The translations under genes and the position numbers were made by a program. Below the pieces are notes generated by a model. The model ran no database searches. It was not told where the DNA came from and saw only the letters and a program-made list of their open reading frames with translations. A stretch of DNA of 64,000 nt from the NCBI GenBank assembly GCA_021772465.1, contig JAJFLX010000017.1, positions 204,588-268,587 of the forward strand. Reading direction: 5' to 3'. The DNA is from Chlamydiota bacterium. Its GTDB lineage: Bacteria > Chlamydiota > Chlamydiia > Chlamydiales > JAAKFR01. Positions 9,024 through 17,459 of this stretch are shown piece by piece. How positions within the stretch are numbered: position 1 is the stretch's first letter; every line of letters starts with the position of its first letter.

Positions 9024-9364
9024 AAGACCCATTTGTGAAATTGATAAGGCCACCATTCTCTATAAAGGGAGTTTAAATCTCAACTCACATGTTGATTGTA
9101 GATCAGCTGCAAGCAAGTCAAAGAGACGGCGCAGCGTCCTATTTGCTAACAAGATATGAGCGCCGATATGACCAGGATTTTCTCCGTGAAAAGCAGTAAT
9201 CTTATGAGAATTGATTTCTAATTCATGAAAACACTCTTCAGATTCCAAATCCAGTCCCCACCAACTTGTTAACAACATAATAATAGTGTAGATAATTTTT
9301 TATATTTGATTAAATCTCCGTTGTTTATTTTAATGATAGTGTGAAAATGCTCCAGGAGCTTTTT

Positions 9365-9772
9365 ATGAGCGCTTCCATAGATCAAGGTAGGTTAGAGCTA
9401 GCCGAGAAAATGGTTGGGTGCAACACTCCTGTCTATCATGTATTTCAAGTCCTTTTTGAGGATGCACTCAAAATATTCGAGGAGGGAGGACTTTTCGATG
9501 GAGATGCTGAAACTCGGAAGGGTTTACAGGAGCGGGTCTCACAAAAGTTCTTGCCTGAGAGTAATCAGCATTATTACACTCTTTTTTGCACACAGGTGCT
9601 CCAACAATTTACCGATGAGCAGCTTGCAGAAAGAAACGTGCAAGCTGAGATTCAAAAAACCTACAGGAAAGAGCGTTCGGCTATGGTAGAGTTGGCAGTC
9701 AAAGAAGCTTATTCTAGAAAAAGGCAGCTCCATTATCATATTTTCTGTGAGCTAGAAAAACTTGGAGTATAG
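9365..9772 (+). CDS. Hypothetical helical protein, likely paralog of the 5296 gene
   Basis: AGGAG upstream of the MSAS ATG within ORF 9341..9772; shared motifs with 5296..5790. Confidence 0.65.
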   Translation: MSASIDQGRLELAEKMVGCNTPVYHVFQVLFEDALKIFEEGGLFDGDAETRKGLQERVSQKFLPESNQHYYTLFCTQVLQQFTDEQLAERNVQAEIQKTYRKERSAMVELAVKEAYSRKRQLHYHIFCELEKLGV

Positions 9773-9830
9773 CCTACCCTTGACACCATGAAAAGAAAAA
9801 CGAGCTCTTTCCATGTAAAAGCAAGAATTT

Positions 9831-10337
9831 CTAACTACAAGGGCCAAGGCCACAAAGCTGAAGGGTAGAGAAGATGTTTGCAAAAGCTGCTAAAAAAATG
9901 AGAGCAAAGGCGAGCTGACTCCACCAATTCATCCGGAAATTGACTTCCCTTTTGACAGAGTCAAAGCAGATGAGAAGAAGGGCCGCAAAAGCCACAGAGC
10001 ATGAAAAGATAATGAAAGACCACATGTAAAGGCTTAAACCCCAAAAGGGAATACCAAAAGTAGGGAACTGAGGGCAGATGTGAAGAGCGATTTGTCGCAG
10101 CGCCACAAACCCTCCGTAAATAGCAGAGAGAAGGCTAAAGCCATAGTGAGCCCTACGAGGCCCAAAACGGCAATTCATCAACGCTCCAGCTGCAACACCT
10201 AACATGCCAAGCCGTTGCATGAGACAGAGGACACAGGGCTCCTCATCGTAGAAATATTGGATCGAAAGAGCCCCAAAAAGAACGCAAGCGATGATAATAG
10301 CTTGTAGTCCATTGAGGTTTCTTTCCCATCTTTGCAT
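9831..10337 (-). CDS. dsbB: Disulfide bond formation protein B (DsbB/DsbI-like)
   Basis: EEPCVLCLMQR CxxC motif, RQIALHICP, GLSLYMWS; several TM helices. Confidence 0.88.
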   Translation of the reverse strand: MQRWERNLNGLQAIIIACVLFGALSIQYFYDEEPCVLCLMQRLGMLGVAAGALMNCRFGPRRAHYGFSLLSAIYGGFVALRQIALHICPQFPTFGIPFWGLSLYMWSFIIFSCSVAFAALLLICFDSVKREVNFRMNWWSQLAFALIFLAAFANIFSTLQLCGLGPCS

Positions 10338-10342
10338 CGTGT

Positions 10343-10498
10343 TCACCAAGTGATTTGAAGTGTGCTCGTAGCGTGACACCAGAGCATAAACCAGCAAAAG
10401 GTGAGGGTTACAAGAAGCAATGCTCCTCCCCACCACCTTTTGCTGAAATAAAGCAGAGCGATGACTAATGTCATTAAAAGAAAAAGCCCTGCCATCAT
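10343..10498 (-). CDS. Small membrane protein (DUF5993-like) upstream of dsbB
   Basis: MMAGLFLL...HATSTLQITW, two hydrophobic segments, H-A-T..L.I C-terminus. Confidence 0.65.
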   Translation of the reverse strand: MMAGLFLLMTLVIALLYFSKRWWGGALLLVTLTFCWFMLWCHATSTLQITW

Positions 10499-10502
10499 CG
10501 GT

Positions 10503-10754
10503 TTAGTCCTTCTTTCCTTTGCAGCCGACAAGGCACCAAAGTCCAACAAAAACAAAACCCCAAACATAACTTTGGATCGCACCAAGTGCAAAACTTGGGA
10601 AATTCATGCCACTAAATCCGTAGTAGTAGATTTCCAAAATCTGCATCTGAAGCGTCTGGTTGACTGGGTGAAGCCAGTACCAAGCAAAGCTAATAATGAA
10701 AACAAGAACGAGTAATAGTCCTACTCGACTACCATGTTTTAACCAACAGTTCAT
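10503..10754 (-). CDS. Small 2-TM membrane protein (possibly DUF5676-like)
   Basis: AGGAGG RBS; two hydrophobic helices; GF.GMNF.SF.LG.I.S.VWG pattern. Confidence 0.65.
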   Translation of the reverse strand: MNCWLKHGSRVGLLLVLVFIISFAWYWLHPVNQTLQMQILEIYYYGFSGMNFPSFALGAIQSYVWGFVFVGLWCLVGCKGKKD

Positions 10755-10823
10755 AAATCCTCCTGAACACTTTAAGTAATTTTCTTTCTATCAAAACAAT
10801 TTCTTTTGTGGCAAACAGTTATT

Positions 10824-11591
10824 ATGAATCGACGAGAAATTCTCCAGGCAATGGAAGCCAATTTCGAGTATCATATGCTCTATTTTGTAGACCATGTGCC
10901 TGGCTTTAAGAAGCTTTTGCTGCCTGGGATCAAGGGGGTCTCAGCGTCAATTAACGATGAAACTTTCAATTATGTTTTTCAGGCAAGATTCGAAAATGGG
11001 AGCGTAAGCGAGCGCATTGAGCAGGTTATCGAGCTTTTTGGAGAGATCCCATTCACTTGGCTCATAGGCGAGAGGGACTCACCTCCCGATCTGGGGAAGA
11101 GCCTATGTGAAGAGGGGCTTGAGCTGAAGGAGGAAAATCCGGGGATGGCTCTTTTTGTAAATGCCACTTATGAAAAGCCCTCTCTGAGAATTGAAAGGGC
11201 GGTTTCGAACAAAGAGCTCGAAAACTTTTCGCTCATTTATGCCTCAATAGGGGAGTATCCGCACCTCTATGATCAGTTTTATAAGTTCATCCCTCTCGAT
11301 AGGATAAGAGAAAAGGCTCCCTACGAGATCTATGTAGGATATGAAGGGAAAAAAGGGGTCACAGCAGGGATATTGGTGTTCCATGCAGGAGTTGCTGGGA
11401 TCTATTACATCATGACGATCCCAGGATACCAAAAAAGAGGATATGCAACTCAGATGATGCATAGGCTGCTACACCGCGCGCAAGAGAAGAGAGTGCGGGT
11501 TGCTGTCTTACAAGCCTCACCTGAGGGAAGTGGGCTTTATAAGCATTTAGGGTTTGAGCAAATCACGACGTATTGGCAATATGGGTTTTAG
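10824..11591 (+). CDS. GNAT family N-acetyltransferase
   Basis: AGIYYIMTIPGYQKRGYA acetyl-CoA motif A; LQAS..G..LY..LGF. Confidence 0.92.
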   Translation: MNRREILQAMEANFEYHMLYFVDHVPGFKKLLLPGIKGVSASINDETFNYVFQARFENGSVSERIEQVIELFGEIPFTWLIGERDSPPDLGKSLCEEGLELKEENPGMALFVNATYEKPSLRIERAVSNKELENFSLIYASIGEYPHLYDQFYKFIPLDRIREKAPYEIYVGYEGKKGVTAGILVFHAGVAGIYYIMTIPGYQKRGYATQMMHRLLHRAQEKRVRVAVLQASPEGSGLYKHLGFEQITTYWQYGF

Positions 11592-11633
11592 GTTGTCCGC
11601 TGAATAAAAATTAAACAGGGTACGCTAGGTAAG

Positions 11634-12578
11634 ATGCTTCGCGTTTTTTCCAAAACAGCTCAATTGTTAGAGGATGTCGATATCGAGAGTGCCATCGACT
11701 CAGAGGCGCTCTGGTATGACCTGCTGGCTCCAGAACCCCAAGAGATCCGTCACCTCGAGCGTGCTCTAAATATTGAACTCCCCACTGTCGAAGAGATGGA
11801 AGAGATCGAAGCTTCAAGCCGTCTCTATGAGGCGGATGGGAGCCTGTATATGACAGCTATCATCATCTCAACTGCGAGCGCAGAGGGACCTACTGCATCT
11901 CCCGTTACCTTTATTTTGCACCCCCAGCATCTCATCACGATGCGCTACTTCGATCCAAAACCCTTCCAGAGTTATGAGAGAAAACTGACCAAGCGCCCAG
12001 CCACTGCTGAGAAGCTTTTTATGGGCCTTCTCGAATCCATTGTAGATCGTATTGCCGATCTTCTCGAGATGGTTCGCTATGATATTGATGAAATTTCAAG
12101 TCAGATCTTTCAGCGGAAAAAAGCGGGAGCTAGGAGTCAAAATGAACTCCATGAAGCGTTGATTCGCATTGGTCAAAAAGGGGACTTTGCCACCAAAATT
12201 CGCGAGAGTTTAGAAAACTTCAACCGCTTGCTTAAATTTCTTCAAATCCAGGAGATCGATTCAAAAGAGCAAATTCATATGCTGCGTACAGACGTGAGGT
12301 CCATCTCAGATCACTTAACCTTCTTATTTAGCAAAATAAATTTTTTGCTCGACGCGAGTTTAGGTCTTGTCAATATTGAACAGAACGCCATCATCAAAAT
12401 TTTCTCAGTAGCTGCAGTAGTTTTTCTTCCACCCACTTTAATCGCAAGCATCTATGGAATGAATTTTAGGCTCATGCCTGAGCTAAGTTGGCCGCTTGGC
12501 TACCCGATGGCCCTCGTTTTGATGATGATCTCAGCTATCCTTCCCTTCGCCTATTTCAAGCGGAAAGGGTGGCTTTAA
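11634..12578 (+). CDS. corA: Magnesium/cobalt transporter CorA
   Basis: EIEASSR, PPTLIASIYGMNF, MPEL.W..GYP signature. Confidence 0.96.
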   Translation: MLRVFSKTAQLLEDVDIESAIDSEALWYDLLAPEPQEIRHLERALNIELPTVEEMEEIEASSRLYEADGSLYMTAIIISTASAEGPTASPVTFILHPQHLITMRYFDPKPFQSYERKLTKRPATAEKLFMGLLESIVDRIADLLEMVRYDIDEISSQIFQRKKAGARSQNELHEALIRIGQKGDFATKIRESLENFNRLLKFLQIQEIDSKEQIHMLRTDVRSISDHLTFLFSKINFLLDASLGLVNIEQNAIIKIFSVAAVVFLPPTLIASIYGMNFRLMPELSWPLGYPMALVLMMISAILPFAYFKRKGWL

Positions 12579-13832
12579 TCCCCACAGTTTGAATTGCTCA
12601 CCCGCTTGACGAAAAAACATGTCGTAGCCGTAGACGGGAATACACCCTTTCTCTCGCGCTATTTGTAAAAGCTCACTTGTTTGCGTTTTGATGTCCATCA
12701 CAACAGTGCCGGGGAGTACCCATTGAGAAGAGAGTGGCATAGGGTGGGAAGTGGTGTTAATTAAAATGTCATACGGTTTGAGCTCTCCTGAGGTGGTGCC
12801 AAATTCCAGAGCAAGCTTTTTCGCTTTTTCACGAGTGCGGTTGACAAGGTGAATCAAACCCCCACGCTTTTTTGCTTCGTAAATCAGTGCGCGCGCAGCT
12901 CCTCCAGCTCCCAGGACGACAATCTGTTTATTTCGGACAGAGAGGTGAGACTCAATTGCATCGAGAGCTCCTATCCCATCAGTGTTGTAACCTTTCCGAC
13001 CCACAAGTGTGTTGACAGCCCCTATTTGAGGCGCATGGTTCTCAATAAAAGGAAGGATCTGCTCTTTGAAAGGGGTTGTGATGCTCAAGCCTTTAAAACC
13101 CAACCGATCAATGAGAGGGAAAAAATCGGCCAGCTCTTCAGTTTCCAGTGTCAGCTTTACATAGATGGCATCGATTCCCCGCGAGCGGAAATAGCGGTTG
13201 TGGGTGTAATGACTCGGACTCTGAGAGACAGTGCCCCCAAGGAGTCCGTAAATTGATTGGGGTTTGAGGGGGTAGGTAAATCGGTGGGTTCTTGCTGTGA
13301 GTTGACCCTCAGCTGTGCGGTGAGATGAGCATAGAGCTGCATAAGTCCAGGGGTTGCCGTAACAGACACCAAGTAGTCGAGTGAGGGTTCCCTTTTCTCC
13401 CATACAGATTCCCAAAGTGCCTGGGTGAGTGCGGACAAAATCGAGCATTCGCAAAGCGTCTAGGGTTGAAGAGGCTCGGCAAGCGATTTTGTAAAGGTGC
13501 GCTGGTTTTCGCTGCATTTCAAGAAGAACTTTTTCGAGGTCAGAGGGTGTGTGGTCAAAGTTATGATAGGAGAGGATATGCTTGGCGGGAAAATCAGGAG
13601 GGGTGTCCCTATAGTCCGTGTCAATGAAGGTGGGTTGAAGTATTTCAAAATCTGCTAGTTGACCTCCTTTGCAGATCAAAGGTAGTTTTGATCTCAACTT
13701 TTTCACATCGGCTGTGTTATAGTCGCAAAAAAGATCGAGTCTGAGCTCAAGAGAGTCAGCAAGCCATTCGGCTTTTCGAATTTGAGCAGCGGCCAGATCA
13801 AGAGTTGGACCGATAATGGAAATGCAAAGCAT
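12531..13832 (-). CDS. aroE: Bifunctional type I 3-dehydroquinate dehydratase / shikimate dehydrogenase (AroDE)
   Basis: ELRLD, SYHNF..TP, KIA in the AroD part; SPSH, TTPFK, GAVNT, NTD, GAGGAA in the AroE part; start at MLCISI. Confidence 0.92.
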   Translation of the reverse strand: MLCISIIGPTLDLAAAQIRKAEWLADSLELRLDLFCDYNTADVKKLRSKLPLICKGGQLADFEILQPTFIDTDYRDTPPDFPAKHILSYHNFDHTPSDLEKVLLEMQRKPAHLYKIACRASSTLDALRMLDFVRTHPGTLGICMGEKGTLTRLLGVCYGNPWTYAALCSSHRTAEGQLTARTHRFTYPLKPQSIYGLLGGTVSQSPSHYTHNRYFRSRGIDAIYVKLTLETEELADFFPLIDRLGFKGLSITTPFKEQILPFIENHAPQIGAVNTLVGRKGYNTDGIGALDAIESHLSVRNKQIVVLGAGGAARALIYEAKKRGGLIHLVNRTREKAKKLALEFGTTSGELKPYDILINTTSHPMPLSSQWVLPGTVVMDIKTQTSELLQIAREKGCIPVYGYDMFFRQAGEQFKLWGLKPPFPLEIGEGKDS

Positions 13833-14841
13833 CGAGTGGAGTTTAGCAGGAAAAACAGAATTTTTTCTAGGGCGAGGCCTTTTAAAATCTCCGCTTTGGA
13901 TAGAAAAGATCCGCTCAATTTCGACTCGCATTGCACTCATCACAGACGAGACTGTAGCTGAGCTGTACGGGCGCATTTTAAGTCAGCAGCTCGGAGCCCA
14001 TCTTTTCACTATCCCACCTGGGGAGAAGAGCAAAACAAGGGAGTGGAAAGCCCAGCTTGAAGATCAGATGATCGAGAGAGGGTTGGGCCGTGATACTGTT
14101 TTGGTCGCGCTCGGAGGGGGAGTGGTCACCGATCTCTCCGGGTTTATTGCTGCAACATTTTGTCGAGGCATCCCCTTCGTTTCGATTCCTACGACTCTTG
14201 TAGGGATGGTAGATGCAAGCATTGGAGGGAAAGTGGGGGTGAATACCGAAAAAGGGAAGAATCTTATTGGAGCCTTCTACTCTCCTCACTCTCTGTTTAT
14301 CGATCTTAGCTTGCTAGACTCATTATCTATTAAAGAGATACAAAATGGATTGAGCGAGATCATAAAGTATGGTCTCATAGCAAATCCCTCGCTTTTATCT
14401 GAAACGGTGACAATGGAAATGCGCGTGCGAGAAGGGATCAAAATCAAATGCAAAGTCATAAAACATGATCCCTACGAAAAAGGTATGAGAAGAATTTTAA
14501 ACTTTGGTCATACGGTGGGGCATGCACTTGAGATAGCGAGTAAACACAAGCTCTCTCATGGAGAAGCGATCGCTATAGGGATGGTCGTTGAGGGGACATT
14601 GAGCGGGATCGATACAGCCCCCTTTTTTAAGCCCTTTGATATCCCCCTTCGCTGGCCGAAGAGCATCGAGGTGTCAGAGGTGCTCAGCGCACTCGAGCGA
14701 GATAAAAAAGCTCGAGCAGGAAAAGCGCGTTTTGTGCTTCTCGATGAGATTGGGAAACCGCGCTCCTTCGAGGGAGCCTATTGCACTGAAGTTCCCCTTC
14801 AGCGGGTTGAGGAGGCTCTCTATAGCTACCCTTACTGCTAA
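13822..14841 (+). CDS. aroB: 3-dehydroquinate synthase
   Basis: GEKSK, ALGGGVVTD, PTTL..MVDASIGGK, LNFGHT.GHALE, HGEAIA; start 13816 or 13822. Confidence 0.96.
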   Translation: MQSIEWSLAGKTEFFLGRGLLKSPLWIEKIRSISTRIALITDETVAELYGRILSQQLGAHLFTIPPGEKSKTREWKAQLEDQMIERGLGRDTVLVALGGGVVTDLSGFIAATFCRGIPFVSIPTTLVGMVDASIGGKVGVNTEKGKNLIGAFYSPHSLFIDLSLLDSLSIKEIQNGLSEIIKYGLIANPSLLSETVTMEMRVREGIKIKCKVIKHDPYEKGMRRILNFGHTVGHALEIASKHKLSHGEAIAIGMVVEGTLSGIDTAPFFKPFDIPLRWPKSIEVSEVLSALERDKKARAGKARFVLLDEIGKPRSFEGAYCTEVPLQRVEEALYSYPYC

Positions 14842-16036
14842 AAGACTTCGCGTCCCCCCGTCAAAGTCTCACACCCTACGCGCCTTGCTTTTCGGCGCCA
14901 TGGGTGTGGGAGTGACTCTTATCCGAGATCCCCTAGATTCTCCGGATGTTCGAGCCATGGTCAAGGCCTTGCGGGGGTTTGGTGTAACGATAGAAGAGAG
15001 CGAAGAGTGGATCCGTATCGAGGGGGTCTGTGGAAAGCTTTCAGCGTCCCAAGCACCAATCGATGCGGGCAATTCCGGGCAGATCCTCAGATTTGTAGGA
15101 GCTCTCGCGGCACTTCTTCCCGAAAAGACGGTGATCACAGGAGACCAGTCAATCCGAGAGCGAAGACCTGTCGAGCCTCTCCTTTCAGCCCTCAGACAGC
15201 TCGGCGCTAAAGCAGAAGCGCCCATGTCTGTTCAAGGACCCATTCGAGCTGGTTTTGCCGAGCTTCTCGGTGAGGATTCTCAGCCCGTTTCTGCGCTTTT
15301 GATAGCCACCTCTTTTCTCAAAGGTACGACACAACTCGAGGTAAAAAACCCAGGGGAGAGGCCGTGGATCGATCTCACACTCGCCTGGCTTGAGAGATTG
15401 GGAGGAGTAGTAACTCATGAAGCGTATCGTTTCTACACTATCGAGGGGCCACTTCTCTACAAAGGTTTTGAAGTGACAATCCCAGGTGATTTTAGTACAG
15501 CTGCTTTCCCAGCCGCTGCAGCTTTGATCACCGGCTCCACGGTTACACTCGAGAACCTAGACCCTTTCGATTCGCAAGGGGATAAAAAGCTCTTTGAGGT
15601 GTTTGAGAGGATGGGCGCGCAGCTCGAATATGATGTGAGAGCGAAAAGTGTGACTCTTTTTCCCTCAAAGCTTAAAGGGGTGCGAGTGGATGTCAATGAG
15701 ATGATCGATGCACTTCCCATACTTGCAGTTGTGGGCTGCTTTGCTTCAGGAAAAACGGAGATTGTAGGAGGAAAGATCGCTCGTAAAAAAGAGTCGGATC
15801 GCATCGCTGCTATTGCATGTGAGCTTCGAAAAATGGGGGCAATTCTCGAAGAAAGAGAGGATGGGCTTTTGATCACCTCGTCACCTCTTCACAGCGCTAG
15901 ACTCTCTTCTCACTCCGACCACCGGATTGCCATGGCACTTGCAGTCGCTGCAAAGGGCGCTACAGGGACGACTTGGATTGAAGGCGCAGAGTGTGTTAAA
16001 AAGAGCTATCCTCGATTTTTTGAGGAGGTGCAGTGA
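14807..16036 (+). CDS. aroA: EPSP synthase
   Basis: PPSKS, GNSG, DSQ..SALL, KESDRI, DHRIAM, KSYP.F motifs; TTG start at 14807 inferred. Confidence 0.95.
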   Translation: MRRLSIATLTAKRLRVPPSKSHTLRALLFGAMGVGVTLIRDPLDSPDVRAMVKALRGFGVTIEESEEWIRIEGVCGKLSASQAPIDAGNSGQILRFVGALAALLPEKTVITGDQSIRERRPVEPLLSALRQLGAKAEAPMSVQGPIRAGFAELLGEDSQPVSALLIATSFLKGTTQLEVKNPGERPWIDLTLAWLERLGGVVTHEAYRFYTIEGPLLYKGFEVTIPGDFSTAAFPAAAALITGSTVTLENLDPFDSQGDKKLFEVFERMGAQLEYDVRAKSVTLFPSKLKGVRVDVNEMIDALPILAVVGCFASGKTEIVGGKIARKKESDRIAAIACELRKMGAILEEREDGLLITSSPLHSARLSSHSDHRIAMALAVAAKGATGTTWIEGAECVKKSYPRFFEEVQ

Positions 16037-16467
16037 ATAATCTCATTCTTTTTGGCTTCAAAAACTCAGGAAAGAGCACGCTTGGAAAAAAAATTGCCAA
16101 GCTCCTGAAGTGCCCCTTTTTTGATACGGATAAGATCCTAGAGATGAGGCAGGGAGCTAGCTGCCGGGAGCTCCATTTGAAATGGGGTGAGCTTGAGTTT
16201 CGAAGGATGGAGCATGAGGTTGTGGAGTCGCTTAAGGGTGTGTCAGGAAGTGTCATAGCGCTGGGAGGGGGGACGGTTCTAGACGAAAAAACCCGGCAGC
16301 TTGTGGAGCTTATGGGTACTTTGCTCTACCTCGATGTTGAAAAACACATTCTCAAAAAACGTCTCCTATCCGCTCCAGAGCGTCCCTCTTTTGTGGATGA
16401 AGACTCTTTTGACGCCGTTTATAGTGAGAGAAAACTTATTTACGAGAGAATCGCGTATGGGAAGTAA
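16033..16467 (+). CDS. aroK: Shikimate kinase (compact)
   Basis: GFKNSGKSTLG P-loop, DTD, FRRME, ALGGG, RP. Confidence 0.92.
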   Translation: MNNLILFGFKNSGKSTLGKKIAKLLKCPFFDTDKILEMRQGASCRELHLKWGELEFRRMEHEVVESLKGVSGSVIALGGGTVLDEKTRQLVELMGTLLYLDVEKHILKKRLLSAPERPSFVDEDSFDAVYSERKLIYERIAYGK

Positions 16468-17455
16468 CAGATTTGGAGAGATTTTTTGCATCACGACGTG
16501 GGGGGAGTCTCATGGGCCAGCAATAGGAGTCGTAATCGATGGGTGCCCTGCGGGCCTTAAGCTCGATGTGTCCATGATTCAACAAGACCTCTATCGGAGA
16601 AGACCTGGACGAAATCCCCACACCTCTCCACGTCAAGAAACGGATGAGCTGCAAATCCTATCGGGAGTGTTTGAAGGGGTCTCAACAGGCGCTCCTATCT
16701 CTCTTATCATCTATAATGTCGATGTCGACTCGAGCAAGTATGAGCCGATTCGAGATCTCTACCGCCCTGGGCATGCAAACTATACCTATGAGCAAAAGTG
16801 GGGTCACTTCGATTATCGGGGAGGGGGTCGAGCTTCCGCTCGAGAGACTGCGTGTCGCGTTGCAGCAGGCGCTATTGCAAAGCAATTTCTCGCTCACTTC
16901 GGGATCACCCTCTTCGCAGAGCTCAAACAAGACGACCAGTTTCAAAGTCGATTAGAGGCAGCTGTGGCCGAAGGGGATTCGATCGGGGGAGTGGTTGAGT
17001 TAAGAAGTAGTTCCCTGCCTGTGGGGCTAGGAGAGCCTGTTTACGAAAAAATCGAGGCCAAGCTAGCAAAGGCAATGCTTTCACTGCCGGCATCGAAAGG
17101 TGTGGAGTTTGGATCGGGTTTTCGGGCTGCTGAGATGCTCGGATCAGAGCATAATGATCTCTTTACTATGGGTGAGAGTGGAGACATAAGTTTTGCAAGC
17201 AACCACGCTGGGGGGACCCTAGGAGGTATTACATCGGGCTTGCCTCTTGTGCTGCGCGTCGCTTTTAAACCCACTTCAAGTATCAAAAAAGTGCAGCAAA
17301 CTCTCAGTAGGGGCAAAGAGAAAAAAGAGCTTTCGCTTCCAGAAGGGTCGAGACACGATCCTTGCGTGGCACTGCGCGCTCCACCCATTGTTGAAGCGAT
17401 GGCAGCTCTCGTTCTTGCCGATGCGCTTTTGTTAAACAGGTGCGCAAAAATCTGA
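16457..17455 (+). CDS. aroC: Chorismate synthase
   Basis: GESHG, RPGHA, RGGGRASARET, FKPTSSI, RHDPC. Confidence 0.97.
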   Translation: MGSNRFGEIFCITTWGESHGPAIGVVIDGCPAGLKLDVSMIQQDLYRRRPGRNPHTSPRQETDELQILSGVFEGVSTGAPISLIIYNVDVDSSKYEPIRDLYRPGHANYTYEQKWGHFDYRGGGRASARETACRVAAGAIAKQFLAHFGITLFAELKQDDQFQSRLEAAVAEGDSIGGVVELRSSSLPVGLGEPVYEKIEAKLAKAMLSLPASKGVEFGSGFRAAEMLGSEHNDLFTMGESGDISFASNHAGGTLGGITSGLPLVLRVAFKPTSSIKKVQQTLSRGKEKKELSLPEGSRHDPCVALRAPPIVEAMAALVLADALLLNRCAKI

Positions 17456-17459
17456 ATAT

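Noticed and set aside
9060-9278. 72-aa minus-strand ORF upstream of the methyltransferase
   Set aside because: No recognisable motif or RBS; may be a gene fragment but cannot be supported
1378-9340. Classical integron cassette array
   Set aside because: Cargo is cassette-like, but no intI and no convincing attC sites were found; gene orientations are mixed
13833-13976. Upstream extension of the aroDE ORF given in the track
   Set aside because: Antisense to conserved aroB coding sequence; AroD similarity begins at MLCISI
14636-14806. Long 5' extensions of aroA (and likewise aroC, rnc, sodA, serine hydrolase)
   Set aside because: They overlap neighbouring genes or promoters; family similarity starts at later codons
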